Part shown: piece by piece, positions 1 to 14,018 of the stretch
Layout of the letters: each line of letters opens with the position of its first letter
How positions within the stretch are numbered: the first letter of the stretch is position 1
Assembly (NCBI GenBank): GCA_964016885.1
Contig: OZ024740.1
Span: 242,172,001-242,236,000, forward strand
DNA from: Eledone cirrhosa
Taxonomy: Eukaryota
Length of the DNA stretch: 64,000 nt
Direction of reading: 5' to 3'
Made by a program: the position numbers and the translations under genes
The notes under the pieces: generated by a model
The model's database searches: none
Seen by the model: the letters and a program-made list of their open reading frames with translations, nothing else
Told to the model about the DNA's origin: nothing

Positions 1-41
1 AATGAAATAGTATGATAGAATATTAAATGTTAAGTGTTAAT

Positions 42-80
42 TGAACAAGTACTTTCATGCTTTCGCAATCTTCAGGTTCA
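42..80 (-). ncRNA. Minimal type I hammerhead ribozyme, family A
   Basis: Minus strand reads UGAAC-CUGAAGA-U-UGC-GAAA-GCA-U-GAAA-GUAC-UU-GUUCA: 5-bp stem I, intact core, GNRA-capped stem II, palindromic stem III (AGUACU). Confidence 0.8.
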
Positions 81-115
81 TAATGTGTGGTGACAGTCAA
101 GTTTGCAATTTTCAA

Positions 116-202
<87 letters not shown>

Positions 203-372
203 TATATATATATATATATTAATATATATATGTAATATGAGACATTATAAGCCAATAAAAATATGTTGATGTTGTAGACGCTCTTCTGTTCTTTATCATA
301 TATATATATATATATAAATGTAAGTATGTATGTATACGTACATATATATATGTATACAGACGTACAGTAGCA

Positions 373-480
<108 letters not shown>

Positions 481-633
481 CATACAGGTACACATATATA
501 TATGTACGTATCAGTTTAGCGGACGTTTATTATAACGCCCGCTTTGTCCGTTTGTAAACAAACGGACAGCCTGATTTATGCCGTACGGTGTTAAGGCAAC
601 CGCGTCACCTTTTTGCTCAACACTGACACAGGA

Positions 634-676
634 ACGATGTACTAGTTTCAAGCTTCTTAGCTATCATCAGCACCGT
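634..676 (-). ncRNA. Minimal type I hammerhead ribozyme, family B (intact)
   Basis: ACGGUG-CUGAUGA-UAGCU-AAGA-AGCUU-GAAA-CUAG-UA-CAUCGU on the minus strand. Confidence 0.85.
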
Positions 677-867
677 ATACCCTTCTGCCAGATGGTTGAA
701 CTTTCGAAAGTATATACTTTCCTCATGAAAATTAACGGCTGAGCAGCCTAATTTGCATATCGAGTGAGTTCAGTCGGCCAGGCGTACCGAAAACGATAGG
801 TTGTAATAGAATGAACGATAAGTTGTAATAGAATAAACTGATACGTACATATATATATGTGTACCTG

Positions 868-933
<66 letters not shown>

Positions 934-1086
934 TGTTACTGTACGTCTGTATACATATATGTATGTACGTATACATACATACTTACATTTAAGTAAGTGC
1001 CGTACTAAGAGTGAGAAATGAAATTTCGTTTCATTCTATTACAACTTATCGTTTTCGGTACGCCTGGCCGACTGAACTCACTCGAT

Positions 1087-1094
1087 ATGCAAAT
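1087..1094 (+). promoter_or_regulatory. Octamer motif ATGCAAAT within the HHR repeat unit
   Basis: Exact octamer in each unit copy (also 1446-1453; 751-758 on minus), ~110 nt upstream of the predicted cleavage site; function not shown. Confidence 0.35.
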
Positions 1095-1168
1095 TAGGCT
1101 GCTCAGCCGTTAATTTTCATAAGGGAAGTATATACTTTCGAACGTTCAACCATCTGACAGAAGGGTAT

Positions 1169-1211
1169 ACGGTGCTGATGATAGCTAAGAAGCTTGAAAC
1201 TAGTACATCGT
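1169..1211 (+). ncRNA. Minimal type I hammerhead ribozyme, family B (intact)
   Basis: Stem I ACGGTG/CATCGT (6 bp, one G.U), CTGATGA 1175-1181, stem II AGCT/AGCT, GAAA 1196-1199, palindrome ACTAGT, GUA site ending 1205. Confidence 0.85.
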
Positions 1212-1527
1212 TCCTGTGTCAGTGTTGAGCAAAAAGGTGACGTGGTTACCTTAACACCGTACGGCATAAATCAGGCTGTCCGTTTGTTTACGTGCTACTG
1301 TACGTCTGTATACATATATGTATGTACGTATACACACATACTTACATTTAAGTAAGTGCCGTACTAAGAGTGAGAAATGAAATTTCGTTTCATTCTATTA
1401 CAACTTATCGTTTTCGGTACGCCTGGCCGACTGAACTCACTCGATATGCAAATTAGGCTGCTCAGCCGTTAATTTTTATAAGGAAAGTATATACTTTCGA
1501 ACATTCAACCATCTGGCAGAAGGGTAT

Positions 1528-1570
1528 ACGGTGCTGATGATAGCTAAGAAGCTTGCAACTAGTACATCGT
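1528..1570 (+). ncRNA. Hammerhead family B copy with core mutation GAAA>GCAA
   Basis: Same as 1169-1211 except A13C at 1556. Confidence 0.75.
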
Positions 1571-1719
1571 TCCTGTGTCAGTGTTGAGCAAAAAGGTGAC
1601 GTGGTTGCATTAACACCGTACGGCATAAATCAGGCTGTCCGTTTGTTTACAAACGGACAAAGCGGGCGTTATAATAAACGTCCGCTAAACTGATACGTAC
1701 ATATATATATGTGTACCTG

Positions 1720-1934
<215 letters not shown>

Positions 1935-1958
1935 GGTAAACAGAAATAACAACACAAT

Positions 1959-2111
1959 CTGCTAAGAGTATTGCAATCGCTTGTCAGATTATAAAGTTTA
2001 GGTTACGGGCAGCCACACGAACCTATAACAGATCCTGAACAAGGAATGCCTGTGCTTTGAAGGTTTTTTAAGTGGGGAAAGGCCTTACACTCAACCAATC
2101 CCATTCTCTGA
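1959..2111 (-). mobile_element. 3' part of non-autonomous RTE-related element
   Basis: Reverse complement matches ~10880-11041 (aaggcctttccccacttaaaaaaccttcaaagcacaggc). Confidence 0.7.
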
Positions 2112-3930
2112 CGAATTATATGGTATAACCCACCATATAATATGGAGGTGGCCACACCATTAGCTAAGATCTTTCTTTCCCTTATTACGAAGCATTTTCC
2201 CCCAACATATAAATATAGTAAAATTTTTAATAGAAATACCATTAAAATTTCTTACTCTACGACTCCTAACCTTGCACATAACATCACAGCTTCAAATTTA
2301 GCTAACTACCTAGCTGTAGGAACACGTGCAACCCTGTAGCTAGTACTAACTCTAATTGTAGGAATCGGGTTGACTGCCCCCTATCCGGGAAATGCCTCTC
2401 TAGTAACATTGTCTACAAATGTAAGGTTGAAACACCCACGTCCCGTAGGTCCGACATAGGGTTAACCGCCAATAGATTCAAGCAGGGTCTTTACATGCAT
2501 ACCCATTCTTTTCTTAACCCTTTAAGAAGGAATATGACGTCACTTTCACCTTATATCTGGAGTCTAAAAGACAACCACACCCAATATAAGTTACACTGGG
2601 AGATCCTAGCTAAAGCTAGATCGTATAACGGAAACAAAAGACCATGTGACCTCTGCGCCGCTGAGGCCCTGGAAATACTCTACGCCACAGACCACATCTT
2701 AAACACAAAATCTGAGGCAATTTCGGCTTGTAAACATAAATTTCACAAACATTTTCTGTATTACAGACCCACATTATACCCTAACAGATAGTACGAACTA
2801 TACGCGGATTTTTTACATCTTGATGTGGTAGCTAAATATATGTTATGTTTATACCATTACTTATTTGTATAGGTCGGTATATATTACCTTTATGTTTTGT
2901 GAAGGTACGTATACTTTCTCGTACGTATATTTGACTGTATATGTTATGGCGTATATATTATATATTCTGGTACATATGCATTTGGTTATGTGTATACGCG
3001 AGTTTTGCGTCTGTGTGAGTATGCGGGTTCGTACGTATGTAGGGTGTGTGTAATGTGTAATTTGTGTTTTGGTTGACGTGCGTCTCCGAACATAGGTGTA
3101 TTTGCATGTAGGTATGTGTCTGCGCGCGTTATATACGTATTTATTTATTTATATACGTTTATTTATTTATATGTATACACGCGCACACACATATATATAT
3201 ATATTTTTTTTTTATATATATTTTTATATGTATTTGGTGTTTACATTCGTATGTGTGCAGGTACAGGCGTTGCGTGGGTTCTGTATGTGCGTGCGGGTTC
3301 TTTTGTGTATGTGCTTGTATTTGTACACCATGGCGAGTGTTTTCGCTTATGCTTGTGTATGTACGTATATGGATGCGTGTATGTATTTATTTAATTTCAA
3401 TTACCTCTGTATATTATTTACTTTATTCTTAACTCTGAAGCCGAGCATTATTCTGTTTCCTAGTTACTATTTTAGTCTACGACTTCAGTTATACCATTTA
3501 CGTGGTTTTGTCTTTGCGTGCAATTGTTCATTGCCAGAGAACGTCTCCATGAACCACCTAATAGAATATTAGTCTACGACTTCTTTTATACCATAAACGC
3601 GGTTCTGTCTTTACGTGTAATTGTTTTTCACCGTTCCAAATAATGACGTATTATCTTCGTTTTTTCCCATTCTTTGCCAGAGAACGTTTCCACGAACCAA
3701 AGTATCGTCTTCCGGTCTTCCTCCGGCTGCAACGTTTTTTGAAATATTTACTTCTGCGTTCACAGATTGACTTTTTTTAGTTTCAGAAGATCCCGTTAAG
3801 GGCGAAGGCAGCAATTCTTTGCTTAAACTTTAATCTGTTATTTTAATAAATATTTGCTCTACGGTTCTTATATATTTGATATATATTTATCCTTATCGAA
3901 TCCTCTTTGAATTTTAGTCTTCAAATTTAT
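2112..3930 (+). mobile_element. Penelope-like element (Neptune-type) 3' fragment: RT thumb/linker, GIY-YIG endonuclease pseudogene, 3' UTR
   Basis: IIWYNPPY..KIFNRNTIKISYS, Cys linker NCRNRVDCPLSGKC, IVYKC..IGLT, CDLCAAE; frameshifted; degenerate HHR at 3779-3829 followed by AATAAA. Confidence 0.85.
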
Positions 3931-3938
3931 CATTATTA

Positions 3939-4020
<82 letters not shown>

Positions 4021-4160
4021 TAAACTTCGTTGCGTAAATAAATTATTCTAGACTATGTCCCTGTTCGCTAGACCACTGATATAGTTGCTTTACATTAGAA
4101 TAATCCCATCCCGTTACGGGAAAAAAAATCGTAGAATAATAAACTTATATTTTGACCGAT

Positions 4161-4248
<88 letters not shown>

Positions 4249-4284
4249 ACACACACACACACACACTCACACACACACACACAC

Positions 4285-4315
<31 letters not shown>

Positions 4316-4515
4316 TACATACACATATATATACGCTCGCGCGCAAATACAGATATACCCATACACACACACACTTATATATATATGTATATATTTATAT
4401 GTGTGTGTGTGTGTAGTGAGTTTATTGACAAGAAGAAAGAGTGCTCTGTTTATTATATAGAGCGCTCTTTCTTACTGTCGATGTTTTCGCTACACACACA
4501 CATACACGCATGTAT

Positions 4516-4626
<111 letters not shown>

Positions 4627-4786
4627 GAGAAATATACACGGGTGTGTGTGATTGTGTATAGAAGATTATATTAATAAGAGGAATTCCAACTTTGTCTGAT
4701 TTACTCGTTTTATTTACAATCCTTTAAAATGTATAATGGTATTAGAATGAAATAGTATGATAGAATATTAAATGTTAAGTGTTAAT

Positions 4787-4825
4787 TGAACAAGTACTTT
4801 CATGCTTTCGCAATCTTCAGGTTCA
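4787..4825 (-). ncRNA. Hammerhead family A, duplicate of 42-80
   Basis: Identical motif; AATAAA ~75 nt downstream on the minus strand. Confidence 0.8.
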
Positions 4826-4860
4826 TAATGTGTGGTGACAGTCAAGTTTGCAATTTTCAA

Positions 4861-4945
<85 letters not shown>

Positions 4946-5058
4946 TATATATATATATATATTAATATATATATGTAATATGAAACATTATAAGCCAATA
5001 AAAATATGTTGATGTTGTAGACGCTCTTCTGTTCTTTATCATATATATATATATATAT

Positions 5059-6727
<1,669 letters not shown>

Positions 6728-6954
6728 TTATCCCACCCTGCATCGAATACTACACTAATTGGTGGTATTCCGAGTCCTCGTAGGTCAGATACTATATATT
6801 TATATGTACTACAGTCTGTAGGAAACTCAGACGCAGAAAATGACTGTAAAAACATTTGTTTGCTTCAAATTTTAGCTTAGAGAATCGTGTAAAATACAGC
6901 TATAGCCGGAATAAGTGGCCAGCTGTCACTACAATTGTGTATGTGAGTGTGTGT

Positions 6955-7056
<102 letters not shown>

Positions 7057-7476
7057 GAGGGGGGTGGCGGGGATGGAGAGAAAGAAAAAGAGAGAGAGAA
7101 ATAATTTGATATAGTGAAAATATTTAATATAGTCTCCAACAGTGAATACAATGAAGTGTTAAAACTTTCTTAAATTTCATATATTTTTTATGCTTAAATA
7201 CATACATATGTTTAAGAACCTATTTATCTGTCATCCTATTTTACAAAGTTCGTTGTCTATTTTGTTTCTAGTCGTAATATTTTTACGTATTTATCATTTT
7301 TTGTGGAAAGACACCCGCATATTTTCCTGTCTACTCCTTCTTTGCTATCAGCACACATGCATCTTACCATCAGAGTGATGGTTATTTAATCGATTGCACA
7401 AACTCGCCTCTCAAGTGAAGTACCACCTTAATGCACGAAACTGTTATAATAACCTCTTCAGAATTCATTAACTAAA

Positions 7477-7515
<39 letters not shown>

Positions 7516-7873
7516 CCATGCCACCGATAGCATAGTCCACGTAAATGCAGACTATTATAATTTCATTTGATTTGTTTTCGTTCCCTCTGATCTATTTTGA
7601 TATGAATTCTTATATAATGGAACAGATTCTTTAGATTTACCTCGACCTGATGTATAACTTGGTTAATATAATTAGCTATGAATAACAGCAAACAGCTAAG
7701 TGTAACGGCGCGAATATTTCTTAATACCGTTACCACAGCCATTTCACTTAAGACATTCAGTTAACTATAGTTTTCCGCAAACATTCTCTGTCTTTCTCTC
7801 TCTCTCATATATATATATATATAGGTAAGATATTCAGGTAAGGTACTCAATACATAACAGAGTATAAAAGTGT

Positions 7874-7980
7874 TAATATAGATGAGATTCTACAGGACTA
7901 GAACTGATTCATTCTTGAGAAATCATCAGGAATCTGATGATTTCTCAAGAATGAAACAGTTCTAGTCCTGTAGAATCTCA

Positions 7981-7989
<9 letters not shown>
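7874..7989. repeat. ~56-bp-arm palindrome containing a hammerhead core on both strands
   Basis: Arms differ by one base around a 4-nt spacer (GAAT); CTGATGA 7934-7940, stem TTC/GAA, GAAA 7953-7956. Confidence 0.8.
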
Positions 7990-8036
<47 letters not shown>

Positions 8037-8302
8037 GATAACAAGTTATCATTTTAGGTAATTCAGTTAGAGGTTGTGAGTACTCTGTACTATGGATTCG
8101 AGTGATCAGCGGCCTTTAGACTCATCTGATCAATGAAACAAATGTTAATATTGTAAATAAAACCCATATTGTACAGCCGACCATGTTATTCTTCACTCTT
8201 TCACTATATATATATATAGTGAGATAGATCCCCCCCATGGGGTACAAAACTCTAGTGAGTGAACATCGTTAAATTTTCTCCCTCATATCAAGGATTTGAA
8301 GA

Positions 8303-8398
8303 CAATTCATTTTCACCTGACGAGATCAGTGATAATCGATCATGGCCGCACGATCGATTTATCTCTTATTGAAATATGTGTCGTGATTAAAATGATTG
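8303..8398 (+). ncRNA. Type I hammerhead ribozyme with extended stem II, family D
   Basis: CATTTTCAC/GTGA(TT)AAAATG stem I, CTGACGA 8317-8323, stem II GATAATCGATC/GATCGATTTATC, GAAA 8371-8374, near-palindromic stem III, GUC 8380-8382. Confidence 0.7.
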
Positions 8399-8572
8399 GA
8401 AATTTATACCATGCCTTCGGATCTTTATTTTGATACAAATACTCCGTTTTACATCATCTATCTGTTCCCATTAATGGAATTGGAGATATACAAATGCGTG
8501 GAGAACTTAATATTGCTAACAAAAGTTTATTGGACCGTATGACACAACCAGTAATACACCTTACTATATAAC

Positions 8573-8656
<84 letters not shown>

Positions 8657-9009
8657 CTCAGAGACACCTGATTCATCATCGATTAGCCCTCCCTGTGGCT
8701 CGAAACCAGCAGAGTCATAACGAGCAAACTGCTCCTTGACAGTGTAATTAGGGGCTCTAACCCTAGTGCTGTTAAATCCACTCTCCATGGTTCTTTTTAA
8801 TGGCTGATAATACCTTACCGGCGCCACTCGAATAAGGTAATTATTTAACCCATAAATGGTGCCCTAACAGGTACTACTACTCCGGGCCAGAGTAGACCTG
8901 GCAGTGATAACAACTAAGGGGTAACGCCACATTCCCCACAGCTCCTGAACTCCCGAACTGGAGCCCTGCAACTGGATGCAGTTTAATGTCATATATATAT
9001 ATATATATA

Positions 9010-9780
9010 AAACTAGGGTACTCCTCCGCTAAGAATATGAAAGCCGACATCACCAACAGTCCTAAGAGTGGCACCTCACCAGGATGCTCTTGCCGAAAGC
9101 CTGAAGTGTGTCCTCTTCAACAGCAATGCAACACACCCGCTGTAGTTTATGAAGCTGTGGTCACTTCCAACGGACCAAATCAATCACAGGAGGTCAAATC
9201 CTATGTGGGTATGGTGGAGGACCGATTTAAGGAACGCTTCCTGAACCATCAGTCGACCTTTAGGTATCCGGACAACCGACCATCCACGAAGCTCGCGAGC
9301 CACGTATGGTCCCTCAAAAACTCATGTATAGACTACTCCATTCAATGGAAAACTATTACTAAGTCCAAGCTATACGCATAGGGCAATCCGTTTTGTGGAC
9401 TGTGTATTGAAGAAAGGATAAATATTCTAAGGAGATTACGCAATTGCGATTGCCTAAATTTAAGAAATGAAATCTTCTCACGTTGTCCACGTGTCTGGAA
9501 ACACCTCTTGCATAACTGCAAAGCTCCGGATTGAATAACAACAACATTCTAATTTTCTAATCAACTCGAGCATATTATTCCGAACACTCGCAGTTATCTC
9601 CTTTACACCTTCCACCCGTGGTTTTGTATCGCCTGGGTGAAGTGAGCGTTTCTGCGCATGCGCGTTCATAGGGTTGTCCTTCCTGCTCCGTATAACCATT
9701 ACCAGTCCGAGATGAAGATCCACTTGTTTGTTTGAAAGGGAGGTGCACTTGTTTCGCGAAATTCATTTTCTCGATATGAC
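9010..9780 (+). mobile_element. Penelope-like GIY-YIG endonuclease fragment and 3' UTR
   Basis: CSCRKPEVCPLQQQC, VVYEA..KSYVGM, FKERFLNH, CGLCIEE after an in-frame stop. Confidence 0.85.
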
Positions 9781-9789
9781 CATGCGTTT

Positions 9790-10170
9790 AATTCGCTGAA
9801 TATATCTGTCGCATTCAGTAATTCTTTTCACTCAGCTGCAAAGACAAATACCTCGTCCGCTGCTGGCAATCTCGACATTGCGTCAACATGAAGAATTTTA
9901 GAGCTAGAGATATGCGATATTTCAAAATCAAATGGCATCAATTGAATAGTTTATCGCCTGATTCTAGCAGAAGCATTAGTAGGGATCTGCTTTTAGTGGT
10001 GGAAGATAGACATCAAAGGTCCGCGTTGAGCTTGAACTTTTTACCTAGCAGGAAATGTTTGAGACGGATGACGGTCCATACGATGGCAAATGTTTGCGTT
10101 CAATATTTGATCAATTAGATTCAGCAGACGTACATTTTCTTTATACATAAAGGACAGGGTGACTATTTTG
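9790..10170 (-). mobile_element. Gypsy-type LTR retrotransposon RNase H remnant
   Basis: Broken minus-strand frames give IVWTVIRLKHFLLGKKFKL and ASARIRR*TIQLMPFDFEISHISSSKILHVDAMSRL. Confidence 0.7.
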
Positions 10171-10626
10171 TGAAAGTAGAGCCGCAACGCTGATCATTCA
10201 ACGATTTTAGTTCTGTTTCAGACTTTATATAGACAAAAAACAGTACACACAGAGTACACTTGAAACACGTGGTTGCGATGTTTCACTGTCGTTAAATAAT
10301 TAAACAATTACACAACACTTGTTAGATAAGACTCAATACGAGTTCAATACACGATAATATATATATACGTGTGTGTGTGTGTGTCTGTGTGTGTGGGATC
10401 TGTTTAGAAATATTGCTGGGGCATAAATCCCACTTAATTTCCTTTTATATCTAGATGACAGTTACAGACTTTTGAGAAGCTACATTGTAATTAGTTAAAT
10501 ATAGTGCAAAAGTTTCCTATTAACGTCCAGTTGGATACTGAATGTTGAATGTGATGCTAAAATTAGCTTGACCGACAGTTACACCTTCTTTTGGCTAAAG
10601 GTATACAACTCTCAGGTTTTATAATG

Positions 10627-11057
10627 CTTGGTAAGGAGGGTGGTATTTGGACACCCTGCGGGATGAAATACAGGGCCCGGGAAAGGGCGGAGGAACTCAG
10701 CAGAGTCAACGGCCATCCAAATAGTACTTTTTCTTTTTCACCTGGGAGTGAAAGGCCCCTAGTTGTTGTCACAACACCTTTCTAGGAGAATGAAACTTTG
10801 AAAAAAAAAAAAACCCTGCGGCTTCGGAAGCATCCGATGATGTTGACCAGTTCTCCTTTTCGGGTAGTGTTTTCGATGCTCAGAGTGGAATTGGTCGACT
10901 GCAAGGCCTTTCCCCACTTAAAAAACCTTCAAAGCACAGGCATTACTTTTTCAGGATATGTTACTGGTTCGTGTGGCTGGCCGTAGCCTAAAAGTGCACC
11001 ATTTTCTGTAATTTGACAACCGATTTCAATACTCCTAGCAGAGTTTGTAGCCATCAT
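10627..11057 (+). mobile_element. Non-autonomous RTE-related (bipartite) element
   Basis: Shares ctgggagtgaa..cccctag..aaaacctgcgg block with the RTE 5' UTR at ~28220-28296; ends gccatc-atgtatgt. Confidence 0.65.
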
Positions 11058-11156
11058 GTATGTACATATATGTGAATGTATGCATTAGATGCTTTTATGT
11101 ATGTATAGTAAAGAAAAAGAAAGAAGTCTTAAATAAAGACAAAAAGATAGCATTTA

Positions 11157-11197
<41 letters not shown>

Positions 11198-11492
11198 GAG
11201 AAAAGGGGAGTAATTTGTTAAAACTTACATTATAAAGATTAGAAATACAAAAAAGTAAAAACAGCGTTTTTTAAAAGTCGCAAAAGAAAAAGTAAACAAG
11301 CACTTCAATAAGAATTGGTCATAGTTTTTTTCTGAAACGTAACTAATATCGTTTGTAAGCGGCGTTAGATATATTTCAAGGTCGGTCTGCTCTTTCAATC
11401 CTATTCATATAACCAGTAGTGGCAGTCACAGATCAACTTCAAGTCATGATTCCTGTCAGAAATTTTCTGTGAATTGTATGTTAACATTACTT

Positions 11493-11533
<41 letters not shown>

Positions 11534-11617
11534 GCGTGTGTGTTTGCGTGTGTGTGTGTCTGTGTTTGTGTCTGTGTGTATGTATGTATCTACATATGTA
11601 TATATATAGATATATAG

Positions 11618-11682
<65 letters not shown>

Positions 11683-11694
11683 TATATATATATA

Positions 11695-11772
<78 letters not shown>

Positions 11773-11794
11773 AACCCGAAACAATAATAATAAT

Positions 11795-13852
11795 AATTAT
11801 TGTTGTTCTTTGAGTCTCAGTCATTGATGTTAGTTAACTGAAAAGTTTGTTGAAATGAATATCAACCCACTACCTGCAGCCTCAGATATTCAGGACGTAT
11901 CTGAGGGTTCTTGCTGTTCCCAGAAAGCATGTCTTTTGAAGCGTTCCAAAAAGCGTGGCGGGGCCAATTTTCTTTAACCATCCCTGGAAACTTTTTGAGA
12001 TAGTACCTAGTGCGCCTATGACAATCGGGACCACTTTGACTTCATAGCAGTTCCAAATCCTTTTTACCCCCCACTTTAAGTCATGGTATCGGTTAATGTT
12101 ACCCCCTCTCCTTCTCTTGCACTCTCGTGTCGAATGGACAGGCCACATCCACAATCAGGCACGATCTTTTTTCCTTGTCCCAAACCACCAGGTCAGGTCT
12201 ATTGTGTTCCAGTTTCTTGTCCGTCTGTATCCTAAAATCCCACAGCACCTTCACCTGATCGTTCTCTATCACCGCCTCTGGCTTATGCTCATACCACTTC
12301 TCAGAATGTGGTAAATTGGTTACTTTGCATAGGTGCCAGTGGATCACCCTGCCCATCACATCATGTCTCCACCCCTTATAGTGAGTCTGGGCTAGGTGTT
12401 TACACTCGGATACAATGTAAGCCACAGTCTCTTCTCTCTCTCCACAGATCCTGCACAGTGGGTTAGCCTCCTCCTTGTAAATATGGTGTTTCAACCACTT
12501 TGTTTTGAGGGCCTGCTCTTGCGCAGCCATTAGCATTCCTTCTGTAGCCTTTTTAAGGTCTCCTCTTTTCAACCAGTTCCATATCTGTGGATCTCTGAAT
12601 TCAGTTTTCTCAAAGAAGGTACTATGAAGGGATTTTTCATGAAGGCTGCTCTTTCTCTTTCTTGTTATTTCCTCCTTGGACATCTCCTGGTCTATTGTCC
12701 TCTCCTTCAGTACAATTCTGAGCATTGTCTCCTTACTATCAGTCACGTATTTGTGTAGGTTGTTTTTCTCCATCTGAACACAGTCCTCTATGCTGATAAG
12801 ACCTCTTCCACATTCAGATCTCCTTAAGTAGAGTCTATCGACATCACTCCTCTTGTGGAACATGTTGTAGATAGTCAATAGCTTCCTCGTCTTCCTATCC
12901 ATTTCTTTTTGTTCAGCAACATTCCATCTCAGAATTCCCGCACTGTACCTAATAATAGACACAGCTCGGGAATTTACTGCACTTATGGCATTCCTACTGT
13001 TCAGATGTGACTTTAATACGCTCCTTACTCTCCGAATGTATTCAGATCTTATCAATTCCTTCATTTTTTTGTTCTTGATGCCATCAGCCTCCAGAACACC
13101 CAAATACTTGTATCCTTCTTCAGTGTCAATTTCCTTTATCATCTCACCTGTTGGTACCTGTATTCCGTTGCTTCTGCTCAATTTACCCCTCTTCATCACA
13201 AGGACTCCACACTTACTAATACCAAATTGCATACATATATCATTGCTGAAAATACGGACAGTGTCAACCAGCACATCCGACTCCTTATCACTCTTCCCGA
13301 AGAGCTTAAGATCGTCCATGAAGAGGAGGTGATTGATGGTAAGCTCTCCCTTTCTCGACTTGTATCCTGCTCTCACTTTTCGCAGTATAATGGTCAGGGG
13401 CATCAGGGCAAGGACAAACAACAGAGGGGACAGACTGTCTCCCTGGAAGATACCTCTCTTGATCTTCACGCCCTCCAAGGATTCTTCAGCTGATGTTAAT
13501 TCTGTTTTCCAGGACTTCATACTTTTTCCCAACAACTGTCTGATGTTATCTGCCACCTCTCTAGGCTTTTGGTGATCCAAGAATGAGGCACCATGTCAAA
13601 TGCCTTTTTGTAGTCTATCCATCCCATGGCAAGATCAGTGTGTCTCCTCTTGCAATTCCTCATTACCATCTTATCAATAAGAAACTGGTCATTTGTACCA
13701 CGGGACTTCTTTCGGCATCCTTTCTGTTCGTCCGGTAACAAGTTGTTTGTGTGGAGGTGATGGTAGATTTCCTCAGACAGTTTCCACATTACGGACAGAC
13801 ATGTGATAGGTCTATAGTTGGTAACATCATTACCCTTGATTCGGTCTTTCAT
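11795..13852 (-). mobile_element. R4/Dong-like non-LTR retrotransposon, 5'-truncated (RT, CCHC finger, RLE endonuclease)
   Basis: YRPITCL, GIFQGDSLSPLLF, LFMDDLKL, CRICGEREETVAYIVSEC, RHD, RPDLVVWD..VDVACP; two frameshifts; (TAA)n flanks. Confidence 0.92.
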
Positions 13853-13877
13853 TATTATTATTATTATTATTATTATT

Positions 13878-13999
13878 TCAAATCCCGCCGAGGTTAACTT
13901 TGCCTTTCATCCTTACGGGGTCGATAAAATAAAGTACCAGTAATGTACTGGGTAATTTCTGGCCTTGTGCCTAAAGTAGAAACAATTATTATTATTATT
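13878..13999 (+). mobile_element. SINE family 1, 5'-truncated
   Basis: gcctttcatccttacggggtcgataaaataaagtaccagt core and agaaacaattatt tail. Confidence 0.85.
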
Positions 14000-14018
14000 G
14001 TTGTTGTCGCTGTTGTTT

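Noticed and set aside
10670-10700. GCCCGGGAAAGGGCGGAGG resembling the 3' half of a twister ribozyme
   Set aside because: The upstream GCCGGUCCCAA and UAA elements are missing, and sister copies do not conserve the motif
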